A stretch of 64,000 bases of DNA from Planctomycetota bacterium (GTDB taxonomy: Bacteria; Planctomycetota; UBA1135; UBA2386): NCBI GenBank assembly GCA_965228735.1, contig OZ245838.1, forward strand, positions 6,016,001 through 6,080,000, read 5' to 3'. Below the pieces are notes generated by a model. That model made no database searches and was not told where the DNA came from. It worked only from the letters and a program-made list of their open reading frames with translations. A program made the position numbers and the translations under genes. Of the stretch, positions 17,868 to 26,832 are shown piece after piece (positions within the stretch are counted from its first letter, which is position 1; each line of letters opens with the position of its first letter).

Positions 17868-20204
17868 ATGACGATGGCAGCGTTCTTCGACGACCCCGAC
17901 GATCTGGTCCGCGCGCACGAGAGCGTGCGGCGGCTCGCGGTCGCGATCGCCGGGCGGGCCGGCGACGGGGACGACCTCGCCCAGGAGGCCTGGCTCAAAG
18001 CCCTGCGAAACCGGGCTCCCGGCCCGCTGCGCGACCCCAAATCATGGTGGGGAAGTGTCTTACGAAACGCGAGGCGCGACCGACGGCGGGGTGACGCCCG
18101 CCGCGCGAAGCGCGAGCGGCTGGCGGCGGTGCCGGCCGGGACCGAAGCCGCGACCCCGTTCGACCTCGCGGTCTACGAAGAGCGCCGGCGGGGGCTCATC
18201 GCGGCGATCGAGGCCTTGAGCAGCCCGCAACGCGACGTGATCGTGGCGCGCTACTGGGAGGGGCTCGAGCCGCGCGAGATCGCGGCGCGGACCGGCGAGA
18301 GTGCGGCGGCCGTGCGGCAGCGCCTGCGGCGCGCGCTCGCGGCGCTGCGGGCCAGGGTCGAGCGGCGAGGGGACGCCGGCGCGTGGCTCGCGCCGCTCTG
18401 CGTCGGCGGGTTCGGTGGTCGCGAGTCGGCGGCCCTGGCCGGAACGACGTCATCGTCAGGCGCGACCGCGGTAGGGACCGCGGCGACCGCAGCGGCAGCG
18501 ACCGCTGGAGGAGTCCTGATGAACAAGGTTCTCGTGACGGCGGCCGCGGTCGTGATCGTCGTACTGGGATTCGGCGCGTTCGAGTTCCTCGGGTCGGAGC
18601 CCATCGATCCCGGAGCGCACGGTGCAGCGACCATCGCTGCCGCGGAACTCGATCCGGAGGCCGGGACGGAGCCTCGGCGCGACGTCGCCATCGCATCGGT
18701 CGATGTCGAACGGCAGCCGCGGGTCGTGTCCGAGGTGCCGGCAGTGACGCTCGTGGATCACCGCGGTGAGGGACTCGTCGGCGTGCCGTACTGGCTCGAC
18801 GAACGGCCGCACGACTCGCACCCGGGTACGGCACCCGCCGGCGCGCCGCGAACTCGCGCGGACGGTGCCGTGGACCCGGCGCCGCTCGTGCAGGAACTCG
18901 GCGCCGACGAAGGGTGGCGCGACTGGCTGTGGTTCGAGATCGACGGGCATCTAGCGATGGCCGTGTCGCTCGCGCGTCTCGCGGAGTTCCATCGCGACGA
19001 GACGAAGCTGCCACGGCCGTTCGAGATCGAGGTGCCGAAGCGTCGTCGAGTGCGAGTCTCTGTCGATCGCGTGCCACCGGGTACCCCGTGGCAGGTCAGC
19101 GTGATGATGTGGCGGCAAGGGCAACCACCCGCCAGCCGGCTCGCCACCGAGCTCTCGCGTTCCCAGGACGGCGTATGGCTGCTGCGCAAGGCACTCCGCC
19201 ACGACCACACGATGAGGGAGCCCGCCGTGTTCACGGTACTCGACTCGTGCACGTACTTCTTTCGTTGCGAATCGAGCGTCGTGTCGTTTCGGGATCCGGT
19301 CGTGGAGTCGCGTTCGGGCTCCCGGATCATCTTCTATGCCAAAAGGCCGCGCCCCGCGTTCCTGCTCGAGGTGCTCGAGCCGGGCGGCTGGCACCGCAGC
19401 ACGATCGGCGGCCATTGGCAGTTCGAGGTCGACAACGGCGCGCGCGGCGGCGACTTCGTGAACGGCGTCGCGGCGCCGACGAGCGCCGACTGGCGCCAGG
19501 AACGCTGGGACCGCATGGTCGTCGTCCTGCGCGACGGCGAGCTGTTCTCGATGAAGTGTTCCGAGCTGCCGATGTTCGATCGCGCGGTCACGGTCGTGCG
19601 CGCGTCGGGCCGGCCGGCCATTCGCGCCATCGAGGTCGCGACGTCGGTGATGGAGTGGCCGGGCGCGCGCACCTACTGGCAGGATGGTCTGCGGCTGCGG
19701 TCGACGTGCACGCCCGCGGCACTGCACACGCAGCAGACGAACGATCAGGTCGCGGTGTGGCTGCACGAGAACAACCTCATCGTGCAGACCAATCGACCGG
19801 ACGTGCTCGTCGGACCGTTGCTGCGCATCGCGGAGAACGGCTACGTCGCGCGCGAGACCGGCGGTCGCCTCGAGGTGCTCGACGGCGCCGAACTCGAACC
19901 GCTCGACCTGATGCGCATCGTTCGCCAGTACGCGCGGTCCCAACGTGACCGCGAACTCGTCGTGCGCCACGAACTCACGCTGTCCGGCGTCGTCGCGAGC
20001 AACGACAGCCCGTGGCTGCCCGTTCGCTCGTGGCGCCTGCAGCGAGTCACCGGCTTCGGCTGGCGCATCGTCGAGTCATCGGACGGCGACGTCCACCAAC
20101 GCATCCCGGACGCGATCCCGCTGTGGGCGCCGTTCGCGGCGGGGTCACGGTTGCTGGTGAAGTCTCCGAGCGCAGGCGAGGTCGCGTTGCCGCACTATCG
20201 GTAG
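17868..20204 (+). CDS. ECF-type sigma-70 factor fused to a transmembrane helix and large C-terminal extension
   Basis: Region 2 DDLAQEAWLKAL, region 4 LSSPQRDVIVARYWEGLEPREIA...AVRQRLRRA; hydrophobic helix VLVTAAAVVIVVLGFGAF; start 17868 or 17874. Confidence 0.85.
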   Translation: MTMAAFFDDPDDLVRAHESVRRLAVAIAGRAGDGDDLAQEAWLKALRNRAPGPLRDPKSWWGSVLRNARRDRRRGDARRAKRERLAAVPAGTEAATPFDLAVYEERRRGLIAAIEALSSPQRDVIVARYWEGLEPREIAARTGESAAAVRQRLRRALAALRARVERRGDAGAWLAPLCVGGFGGRESAALAGTTSSSGATAVGTAATAAAATAGGVLMNKVLVTAAAVVIVVLGFGAFEFLGSEPIDPGAHGAATIAAAELDPEAGTEPRRDVAIASVDVERQPRVVSEVPAVTLVDHRGEGLVGVPYWLDERPHDSHPGTAPAGAPRTRADGAVDPAPLVQELGADEGWRDWLWFEIDGHLAMAVSLARLAEFHRDETKLPRPFEIEVPKRRRVRVSVDRVPPGTPWQVSVMMWRQGQPPASRLATELSRSQDGVWLLRKALRHDHTMREPAVFTVLDSCTYFFRCESSVVSFRDPVVESRSGSRIIFYAKRPRPAFLLEVLEPGGWHRSTIGGHWQFEVDNGARGGDFVNGVAAPTSADWRQERWDRMVVVLRDGELFSMKCSELPMFDRAVTVVRASGRPAIRAIEVATSVMEWPGARTYWQDGLRLRSTCTPAALHTQQTNDQVAVWLHENNLIVQTNRPDVLVGPLLRIAENGYVARETGGRLEVLDGAELEPLDLMRIVRQYARSQRDRELVVRHELTLSGVVASNDSPWLPVRSWRLQRVTGFGWRIVESSDGDVHQRIPDAIPLWAPFAAGSRLLVKSPSAGEVALPHYR

Positions 20205-20288
20205 TGAACAAACGGAACCTGGCACACAATCCTCCCCCGCGGCTCGGCCGCGGGGGGAGGATTGTGTGCCAGGTTCCGTTTGCTCACT
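20203..20288. repeat. Long inverted repeat (about 41 bp arms, 3 nt loop) between convergent genes; REP/REPIN- or MITE-like
   Basis: AGTGAACAAACGGAACCTGGCACACAATCCTCCCCCGCGGC-tcg-GCCGCGGGGGGAGGATTGTGTGCCAGGTTCCGTTTGCTCACT; one mismatch and one 1-nt indel. Confidence 0.9.
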
Positions 20289-20298
20289 TGGGCCTCGC

Positions 20299-23200
20299 TC
20301 AACTTCGCACGGCTTTCAACAGGAACTCGAGCACTTCGCGACTCTGATACTGCTTGCCGCGCCGGCGCCGCGGCAGCATGAGGTGGGTCTTGTTGGAGTC
20401 GACCGGTCGCACCTCGGCGAACGCGTCGAGCCAGCTGCCGCCGAGGGGCACGCCCGGTTCGTGGCCGACGACGAGGCGGTCGTTCTCGACCCACTGCACG
20501 GAGCGGACGTTGAGGGCCTGCAGGCCGTGCTTGAGGCGGAACACGCGCAGCAACGTGCTGACCGGCAGCGGCAGTTTGCCGTAGCGGTCGCGCATCTCGG
20601 CTTCGAGCGCTTCGAGGTGCTGGTCGTCGATCGCCTCGTCCATCTCGCGGAGCAGTTCGAGGCGCTGGCGCGGGTCGGTCAGGAAGTCGAGCGGCAGGTA
20701 GGCCTGCAAACGAAGGTCGACGTCGACCTCGACGACATTGGCAATGACGGGTTTGCGCTCCTTGGCGGAATCGACCGCGGAACGGAGCAACTGGCAATAC
20801 ATGTCATAGCCGACCGACGCGATATGACCCGATTGCTGCGGGCCGAGCAGGTTGCCGGCGCCGCGGATCTCGAGGTCCTTCATCGCGATCGCGAAGCCGG
20901 CGCCGAGGTGCGAGAACTCCTCGAGCGCTTTCAGCCGCTTCTTCGCCTCGCGGCCGGGCGGCTCATTGCGGTCGATCAGCAGGTAGCAGTAGGCCTTCTC
21001 GGAGCTGCGCCCGACGCGGCCGCGCAGCTGGTGCAGCTCGGCGAGGCCGAAGTGCTCCGCGCGGTCGATGAGGATCGTGTTGGCGCGCGCGATGTCGAGG
21101 CCGTTCTCGATGATCGTGGTGGAGACGAGGATGTCGAACTCGCCGCGGACGAACGCGCGCACGGTCTTCTCGACCTCGGTCTCCGTCATCTGGCCGTGGC
21201 CGATCGCGATGCGGGCGCCGGGCGCGAGCTTGCGCAGGCGTTGCGCCAGCGGCTCGAGTTCCTGGATGCGATTGTGCAGCACGAAGACCTGGCCCTCGCG
21301 CGACAGCTCGCGCAGCAGTGCCTCCTGCACGACGCGGTCGTCGCGGAACGCGACGCGCGTCTCGACCTCCTGACGACCGGGCGGCGGGTCGTCGAGCGTG
21401 CTGATGCCGCGGATCCCGAGCAGGGAGCTGTGCAGTGTGCGCGGGATCGGCGTTGCGCTGAGCGTGAGCACGTCGATCGCGCTGCGCAGTTGCTTGAAGC
21501 GCTCCTTCTGACGCACGCCGAACCGCTGCTCCTCGTCGATGACGACGAGCGCGAGGTCTTCGAACTCGACGTTCTTGCCGAACAGCTGGTGCGTGCCGAC
21601 GACGATGTCGATCTGGCCCTTACTGAGCTTGTCGATGACCTCGCGCCGTTCCTTCGGCTTGCGATAGCGCGACAGCAGCTCGACGGTAAGGCCGAACGGT
21701 TCGCAGCGGGACCGGAACGTCTGGTTGTGCTGTTCCGCGAGGATCGTCGTCGGCGCGAGCACGGCGACCTGGCGGCCCGTGATCGCGACGCGGAACGCGG
21801 TGCGCAGCGCGATCTCGGTCTTGCCGAAGCCGACGTCGCCGCAGAGCAGCCGGTCCATCGGCGAGTCCTTCTCGAGATCCGACGTGATCTCGGTCCAGGC
21901 GCGCGCCTGGTCCTCGGTGTCGTGGAACGGGAACGTGTCGAGGAAGTCGCGCTCGAGCTGGTCCGTCGGATACGGCGGGCGCTTGACGAGCTCGCGCTGG
22001 CTCTGCACCTCGAGCAGTTCGGCCGCGAGGTCGAACAGCGCCTCGCTGACCTGCTCCTTGCGCCGCTGGAACGACTTGCCGCCGAGCTTGTCGAGCGGCG
22101 CCCGACCCGGAGAACCGCCGCCGCTGCCGACGTACTTCTGGACGAGGTGGATCTTGCTCGCGGGCACGAGCAGCTTGACGTCGTCCCGGAAGACGAGGCG
22201 CAGGTGTTCCTCGGTGCCCTCGCCGCGATGCACGAGCTCGGTGCCCTCGAAGCGCGCGACGCCGTGCACCGCGTGCACCACGAGATCGTTCGGGCCGAGC
22301 TCGAAGAAGCTCTGGATCGCGCGGCTCGGCATCTTCGGCCGCTCGCGCACGCGGGCCTGTTGCGGCACGCCCGCGAACTCGACGTTGCTCAGCGCGGTCG
22401 TCTGCAGCTCGGGAATGCGAAACCCTCGGCTCAGGCCACCGACGAGCAGGTCGACCTTCTCGCGCCGCAGGTCGACGTCCTTGTGCGCGAAGATCTCGAG
22501 CAGTCGGTCACGTTCGTCCGCGGTGCGGCAGTAGAGCAGCACGCGCCCCTGCACGCCGCGCACCGAGCGCAGGCGGCCGCCGGGGTCGGCCTCACCCGAG
22601 CCCGGCGCCGAGCCCGCGGACAGCACCTTGTAGTCGTAGTCATGGCTCGGCAGCGCACCGACGTCGACGCGGCGGCACGGGCGCAGCGTGTCCTGCACCT
22701 CCTGCACGCGCGCTGCGAAGTCGCTCTCGAACGCGACGACGCGGGCCGTGCGTTCTTCGATGCGCAGCGGCTCGTAGGCCACGACGAGCAGTTGGGCGGG
22801 CGCCAGGTGCTTCAGCACCGAGGTCCCAGCGTCGGCGTCCGCGCCGCTCTTGCCGAGCGCGAGCGCGTAGGTCTCGTGCACGGCGGTCGTGCGCTGCGTG
22901 CTCGGGTCGAACGTGCGGATCGACTCGAGCACGTCGTCGAAGAACTCGAGGCGGACGGCCGCGTCCGCGCCCATCGGAAACAGGTCGACGACGTCGCCGC
23001 GGACGCTGCACTCACCCGGTGCGAGCACGAGCGGCACGGAGCGCAGGCCGGCGTTCTCGGCGCGCACGAGCACCTGCGCGCGGTCCGCGCGCTGTCCGGC
23101 CGTCAGTTCGAGGCGACTCTTCTTCAGACTCTTGGGCGAGGGTGCCGGCTGCAGCAGCGCCTCGATGCTCGCCACGAGCGGCGCCTTGTCCGCCGCGTGC

Positions 23201-23541
23201 TGCACGAGCGCGCGCTGCCGTTCGCTGCGCGATGCGGCGTCGGGCTCGCCGTCGTCCGAAGTCTCCTCGCGCGGCAGCACGTGACTGCGCGCGGCGAACG
23301 CGAGCATGTCGGTCTGCAGCTGCAGGCTGTCGACGTCGTCGGCCGTGAGCACGAGCACGGGGCCCTTGTGCTGCTCTACGAGCGTCGCGAGCAGCAGCCC
23401 CGCGCTCGCGCCCCAGAGCCCGCCGGCCTTGACGTGCGCGCCGCGCGCGAGCTGCTGGGTCAGGTTCTTGGTGACCGTCAGCCCCGCGAACTGCCGCAGC
23501 AGGCGCTCGGTCGCGGAGCTCTCTCGGTCAGTCGCGGGCAC
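20299..23541 (-). CDS. mfd: Transcription-repair coupling factor Mfd
   Basis: 1080 aa; UvrB-homology N-terminus, RID ([11 protein letters not shown]), GDVGFGKTE Walker [28 protein letters not shown]. Confidence 0.97.
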   Translation of the reverse strand: MPATDRESSATERLLRQFAGLTVTKNLTQQLARGAHVKAGGLWGASAGLLLATLVEQHKGPVLVLTADDVDSLQLQTDMLAFAARSHVLPREETSDDGEPDAASRSERQRALVQHAADKAPLVASIEALLQPAPSPKSLKKSRLELTAGQRADRAQVLVRAENAGLRSVPLVLAPGECSVRGDVVDLFPMGADAAVRLEFFDDVLESIRTFDPSTQRTTAVHETYALALGKSGADADAGTSVLKHLAPAQLLVVAYEPLRIEERTARVVAFESDFAARVQEVQDTLRPCRRVDVGALPSHDYDYKVLSAGSAPGSGEADPGGRLRSVRGVQGRVLLYCRTADERDRLLEIFAHKDVDLRREKVDLLVGGLSRGFRIPELQTTALSNVEFAGVPQQARVRERPKMPSRAIQSFFELGPNDLVVHAVHGVARFEGTELVHRGEGTEEHLRLVFRDDVKLLVPASKIHLVQKYVGSGGGSPGRAPLDKLGGKSFQRRKEQVSEALFDLAAELLEVQSQRELVKRPPYPTDQLERDFLDTFPFHDTEDQARAWTEITSDLEKDSPMDRLLCGDVGFGKTEIALRTAFRVAITGRQVAVLAPTTILAEQHNQTFRSRCEPFGLTVELLSRYRKPKERREVIDKLSKGQIDIVVGTHQLFGKNVEFEDLALVVIDEEQRFGVRQKERFKQLRSAIDVLTLSATPIPRTLHSSLLGIRGISTLDDPPPGRQEVETRVAFRDDRVVQEALLRELSREGQVFVLHNRIQELEPLAQRLRKLAPGARIAIGHGQMTETEVEKTVRAFVRGEFDILVSTTIIENGLDIARANTILIDRAEHFGLAELHQLRGRVGRSSEKAYCYLLIDRNEPPGREAKKRLKALEEFSHLGAGFAIAMKDLEIRGAGNLLGPQQSGHIASVGYDMYCQLLRSAVDSAKERKPVIANVVEVDVDLRLQAYLPLDFLTDPRQRLELLREMDEAIDDQHLEALEAEMRDRYGKLPLPVSTLLRVFRLKHGLQALNVRSVQWVENDRLVVGHEPGVPLGGSWLDAFAEVRPVDSNKTHLMLPRRRRGKQYQSREVLEFLLKAVRS

Positions 23542-23578
23542 GGAGGGATGGTCGAAGCGGCGCGGGGTTTGGTGCGGG

Positions 23579-24418
23579 CTACTGCGTGAACGCGATGAAG
23601 TCCCGCTGGCCGGCGCCGCTCTCGATCGCGCGGTCCATCGCCGCGGCGATCGCCGGCAGACTGATCGTCTTGTGGTTGCCCGCGGCTTCGAGCATGAGTC
23701 GAGCGTCCTTGCGCGCCATCAGAAGTTCGAACGACGGCGCGCCGCGTTCGCCGGCGCTCACGTTCTTGCCGATCATCGGCATCGCGTGCGCGACCTTGAA
23801 GATGTCGAACAGCTGCAGCATGTCGGCGTCTTCGATGTCGTTGCCGCGGCCGATCGCGAGCACGTCACTGAGCGCCGCGGTCATCGCGAAGTAGACGGAG
23901 TTGCCGGCGAGCTTCCACGCGGCCGCGAGCGCCGGGTGATCACCGACGCAGTGCAGTCGCCCGGTCATCGCTCCGAGGTGGCCGTCGAGCGCCGCCTGGT
24001 CCGCGTCGTTCGCCGCAAACACCATCATCCCGCTCGCCTCCCGCGCGTTCTGCGGCGACATGAAGACGGGGGCCGGGACATAGCGCACGCCCTCATTGCG
24101 CAGGCGCTCGTGGCGCTCCGCGACCTTGGGCGGGGCGTTGGTGCTGTGGTCGATGAGCCACGCGTCGGGTGAAAGGCCCGGGCGGAGGGCGGTGATCACC
24201 TCGTCGACGGCGGCGTCCTCGGCGAGCACGAGATGCACGTGCGAGCGGCCCGCGACGGTCGCGGCGGGGTCGCCGGGCGCCGTCGCGCCGCGGCCGACGA
24301 GGGGCTCGGTCTTGCTGGTCGTGCGGTTCCAAACGGCGACGGAATGGCCCTTGTCGAGGAGGCTTTCGACGAATCCGGCGCCGAGCAGGCCGGTTCCCAG
24401 GAGTGCGGTGTCGGTCAT
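23579..24418 (-). CDS. NAD(P)-dependent beta-hydroxyacid dehydrogenase family oxidoreductase
   Basis: LLGTGLLG Rossmann motif, VWNRT, IDHST, catalytic KLAGN, KDARL; start reassigned to ATG 24418. Confidence 0.88.
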   Translation of the reverse strand: MTDTALLGTGLLGAGFVESLLDKGHSVAVWNRTTSKTEPLVGRGATAPGDPAATVAGRSHVHLVLAEDAAVDEVITALRPGLSPDAWLIDHSTNAPPKVAERHERLRNEGVRYVPAPVFMSPQNAREASGMMVFAANDADQAALDGHLGAMTGRLHCVGDHPALAAAWKLAGNSVYFAMTAALSDVLAIGRGNDIEDADMLQLFDIFKVAHAMPMIGKNVSAGERGAPSFELLMARKDARLMLEAAGNHKTISLPAIAAAMDRAIESGAGQRDFIAFTQ

Positions 24419-24566
24419 CAGGTTCTCGATGGAATGCGGGCGGCGCATCGTCGAGCCCCGGGGCGGTCGGCGCAACGCTCGCGATCCGGGATCGCCGGGA
24501 ACAAACGGAGCAGTCGTTCGTCGACGCGTTGGCGCGACTATGGTCCCGTCGCCGATAGGTGCCCTG

Positions 24567-25169
24567 ATGACCGACGATCGATCCCGTTCTCCTCGTTCGG
24601 CCACGCTCGGACTGACCGTGCTTCGCGGTCTGGCCGTGCTCTTCGCCGTCTCCGTCATGGGCTGCTACGTCTGGGACGCCCAGCGCCGGGCCGACGAGCG
24701 CGCGGCCGAGCAGGCCCGCCAGAGCGAGTCGGCGGTCCCGGCCGGAGCGGCTGCCGACGGAACCGTGGCCAACGGCACCGTGGCCAACGGCACTGGGCTC
24801 CAGGGCAACGCGGTGTCCGGCAACGGGACCGCGGAGCTCGAACTCCCGCTCGGCTCGCCGCACACCCCGCCGGAGTTCCTGTCGAGCTCCAAGTTCGCCG
24901 TGATCGTCGACCAGAACGATCAGCCGTTGCCGTCGAGCAAGGGCATGGTGCTTCCGACCGACGTGTTCCTGATGGGTTCGAAGTCGGGCGTTTCGCCGCC
25001 CGCAGTGCTGCCGTCGTCCAAGGTGCTCGTGATCGACGAGTCGCAGTTCCTGTTCTCGTCGAAGTCGGCGGCGCCGCTGCCGGTGCCGTCGCCGCCGGCC
25101 GGCGTCGAGCCCCCTGCACCCGAGAGAAAGCAGGACGAGTCCGGCACCGAGCGCAAGCCCGAGCGATGA
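24567..25169 (+). CDS. Membrane-anchored low-complexity hypothetical protein with five (S/G)SK motif repeats
   Basis: N-terminal hydrophobic helix; FLSSSK, LPSSK, FLMGSK, LPSSK, FLFSSK; stop overlaps next start (ATGA). Confidence 0.75.
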   Translation: MTDDRSRSPRSATLGLTVLRGLAVLFAVSVMGCYVWDAQRRADERAAEQARQSESAVPAGAAADGTVANGTVANGTGLQGNAVSGNGTAELELPLGSPHTPPEFLSSSKFAVIVDQNDQPLPSSKGMVLPTDVFLMGSKSGVSPPAVLPSSKVLVIDESQFLFSSKSAAPLPVPSPPAGVEPPAPERKQDESGTERKPER

Positions 25170-26086
25170 TCACGACCGAACTGCTGCTGCACACGGCGAA
25201 GACGTTCGGGATCCTGTTCGTCGTGTTCCTGCCGCTCGAACGGCTGGCGCGCGGCCACGAGCAGCCCGTCTTCCGTCGCGGGTACGGCACCGATCTGCTG
25301 TTCTTCCTCGGGCAGTACCTGCTCTGGACCGCACCGGTGCTGCTCGCGCTGGCGTGGATCTTCAACAATTCCCAGCACCTGCCGCTCGAGCCCGTCCGCG
25401 CCACCGTCGCGGCCTGGCCATGGCCGGTGCAGTTCGTCGCGGTGATGTTCCTCAGCGACCTCGCGATCTACTGGGGGCATCGGCTGTCGCACAAGTACGA
25501 GTTCCTGTGGCGCTTCCACCGCGTGCACCACACGGCCGAACGGCTCGACTGGCTCGCGGCGCATCGCGAGCATCCGTTCGACAACCTCTACACGCGGACG
25601 ATCGAGAACGTGCCGTTGATCCTGCTCGGCTTCCCGCTGCACACGATCGCGGGCTTTGCGATGTTTCGCGGGCTCTGGGCGATCTACATCCACAGCAACT
25701 GCGCGCTGACGCCCGGGCCGCTGCGGTACCTGATCGGCGCGCCGCGACTGCACCACTGGCACCACGCGATCGAGGCGCGCGGGCAGGTCAACTTCGCCAA
25801 CCTGAGCCCGCTCATGGATCTGATGTTCGGCACGTATCACGACCCGGGGCACATGCCAGCCCGGGTCGGCATCACCGAGCCCGCGCCGAAGGGCTACGTG
25901 ACGCAGCTCATCGACCCGCTGCTTCCCGCCCGCGTGCGTCGGCGGCTCGCGGCGAGGGACGGCGGCGGGGCCGTTCCCGAGCCGGTTGCGCCGGTCGCGC
26001 CGGTCGCGCCGGTCGAGCCGATCGCGGCGCCCGAGCCCGCGCTGAGCGGATCAGGCGTCCGCGTCGGCCTGGAGCTCGTCGAGTAG
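25166..26086 (+). CDS. Sterol desaturase/fatty acid hydroxylase family membrane di-iron enzyme
   Basis: His boxes HRLSH, HRVHH, IHSN, HHWHH; several TM helices; start ATG 25166. Confidence 0.92.
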   Translation: MITTELLLHTAKTFGILFVVFLPLERLARGHEQPVFRRGYGTDLLFFLGQYLLWTAPVLLALAWIFNNSQHLPLEPVRATVAAWPWPVQFVAVMFLSDLAIYWGHRLSHKYEFLWRFHRVHHTAERLDWLAAHREHPFDNLYTRTIENVPLILLGFPLHTIAGFAMFRGLWAIYIHSNCALTPGPLRYLIGAPRLHHWHHAIEARGQVNFANLSPLMDLMFGTYHDPGHMPARVGITEPAPKGYVTQLIDPLLPARVRRRLAARDGGGAVPEPVAPVAPVAPVEPIAAPEPALSGSGVRVGLELVE

Positions 26087-26779
26087 CGCCGCCGCGGCGA
26101 CCTTCTCCGCGGCGCGCTTCGTGCGCCCGAGCCCGTCCGCGTGCCGTCCGTCCTCGATGCGGGCGCGCGCGCGAAACTGCTGCTCGTGCTGCAGTCCCGT
26201 CGTCTCGACGAGCTCGTAGCGTGGCTGCCCGAGGCCGACGTGCTGGCAGTAGTGCAGCAGCGCCGTCTTGGCGTCCTTGCTGGGTTCTTTCTGGCGCTTC
26301 GGCGGTTCGTCCGCGGGCAGGCAATGGCGGCGCACGAACGCGCGAGCCGGCCGGATGCCGCCGTCGACGAGGATCGCACCGAGCACCGCTTCGACGAGAT
26401 CCGCGCGGATGCGCGCGCTGCGGGTCTCCTCCTCGCGCAGTCCCTTGCCGGACAGCAGATGCTGCGCGAGGCCGAGCTCGTCCGCGATGGTCGCGAGCGG
26501 CGTGCGGCTCACGATGTTGGACCGCGTCTCCGTGAGCTGACCCTCGGCGACCTCGGGAATGGCAGCGAAGACGACCTCCGCGACGGCGAAGTTGAGGAAC
26601 GCGTCGCCGAGGAACTCGAGGCGCTCGTAGCTCTTCTTGCCCTCGTTGCCGAGTGAGCTGTGCGTGAGTGCGCGGTCGAGCAGCGTGAGATCTTCGAACG
26701 CGTAGCCGAGCCGCTTGGAAAGCGCGAGCAGCTCGTCGCGGCGGCTGTCGTTCTCGAGTTGGTCGTCGGTCGCGGTCAT
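26051..26779 (-). CDS. rnc: Ribonuclease III
   Basis: ALTHSS, ERLEFLGD signature, ADLVEAVLGAI, C-terminal dsRBD (KTAL...G.GRTKRAAEKVAA). Confidence 0.97.
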   Translation of the reverse strand: MTATDDQLENDSRRDELLALSKRLGYAFEDLTLLDRALTHSSLGNEGKKSYERLEFLGDAFLNFAVAEVVFAAIPEVAEGQLTETRSNIVSRTPLATIADELGLAQHLLSGKGLREEETRSARIRADLVEAVLGAILVDGGIRPARAFVRRHCLPADEPPKRQKEPSKDAKTALLHYCQHVGLGQPRYELVETTGLQHEQQFRARARIEDGRHADGLGRTKRAAEKVAAAALLDELQADADA

Positions 26780-26832
26780 GGCGGTTCGTCAAGCTAGTCC
26801 ACCGAGGAAGCAGTCGCTACCCTTGCCGGCCG

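Noticed and set aside
20266..23589. 1107 aa plus-strand ORF and similar long ORFs (6528-9011, 37531-41343, 46596-48746, 28787-30229)
   Set aside because: Antisense shadows of well-supported genes, expected at this GC content; no recognisable motifs.
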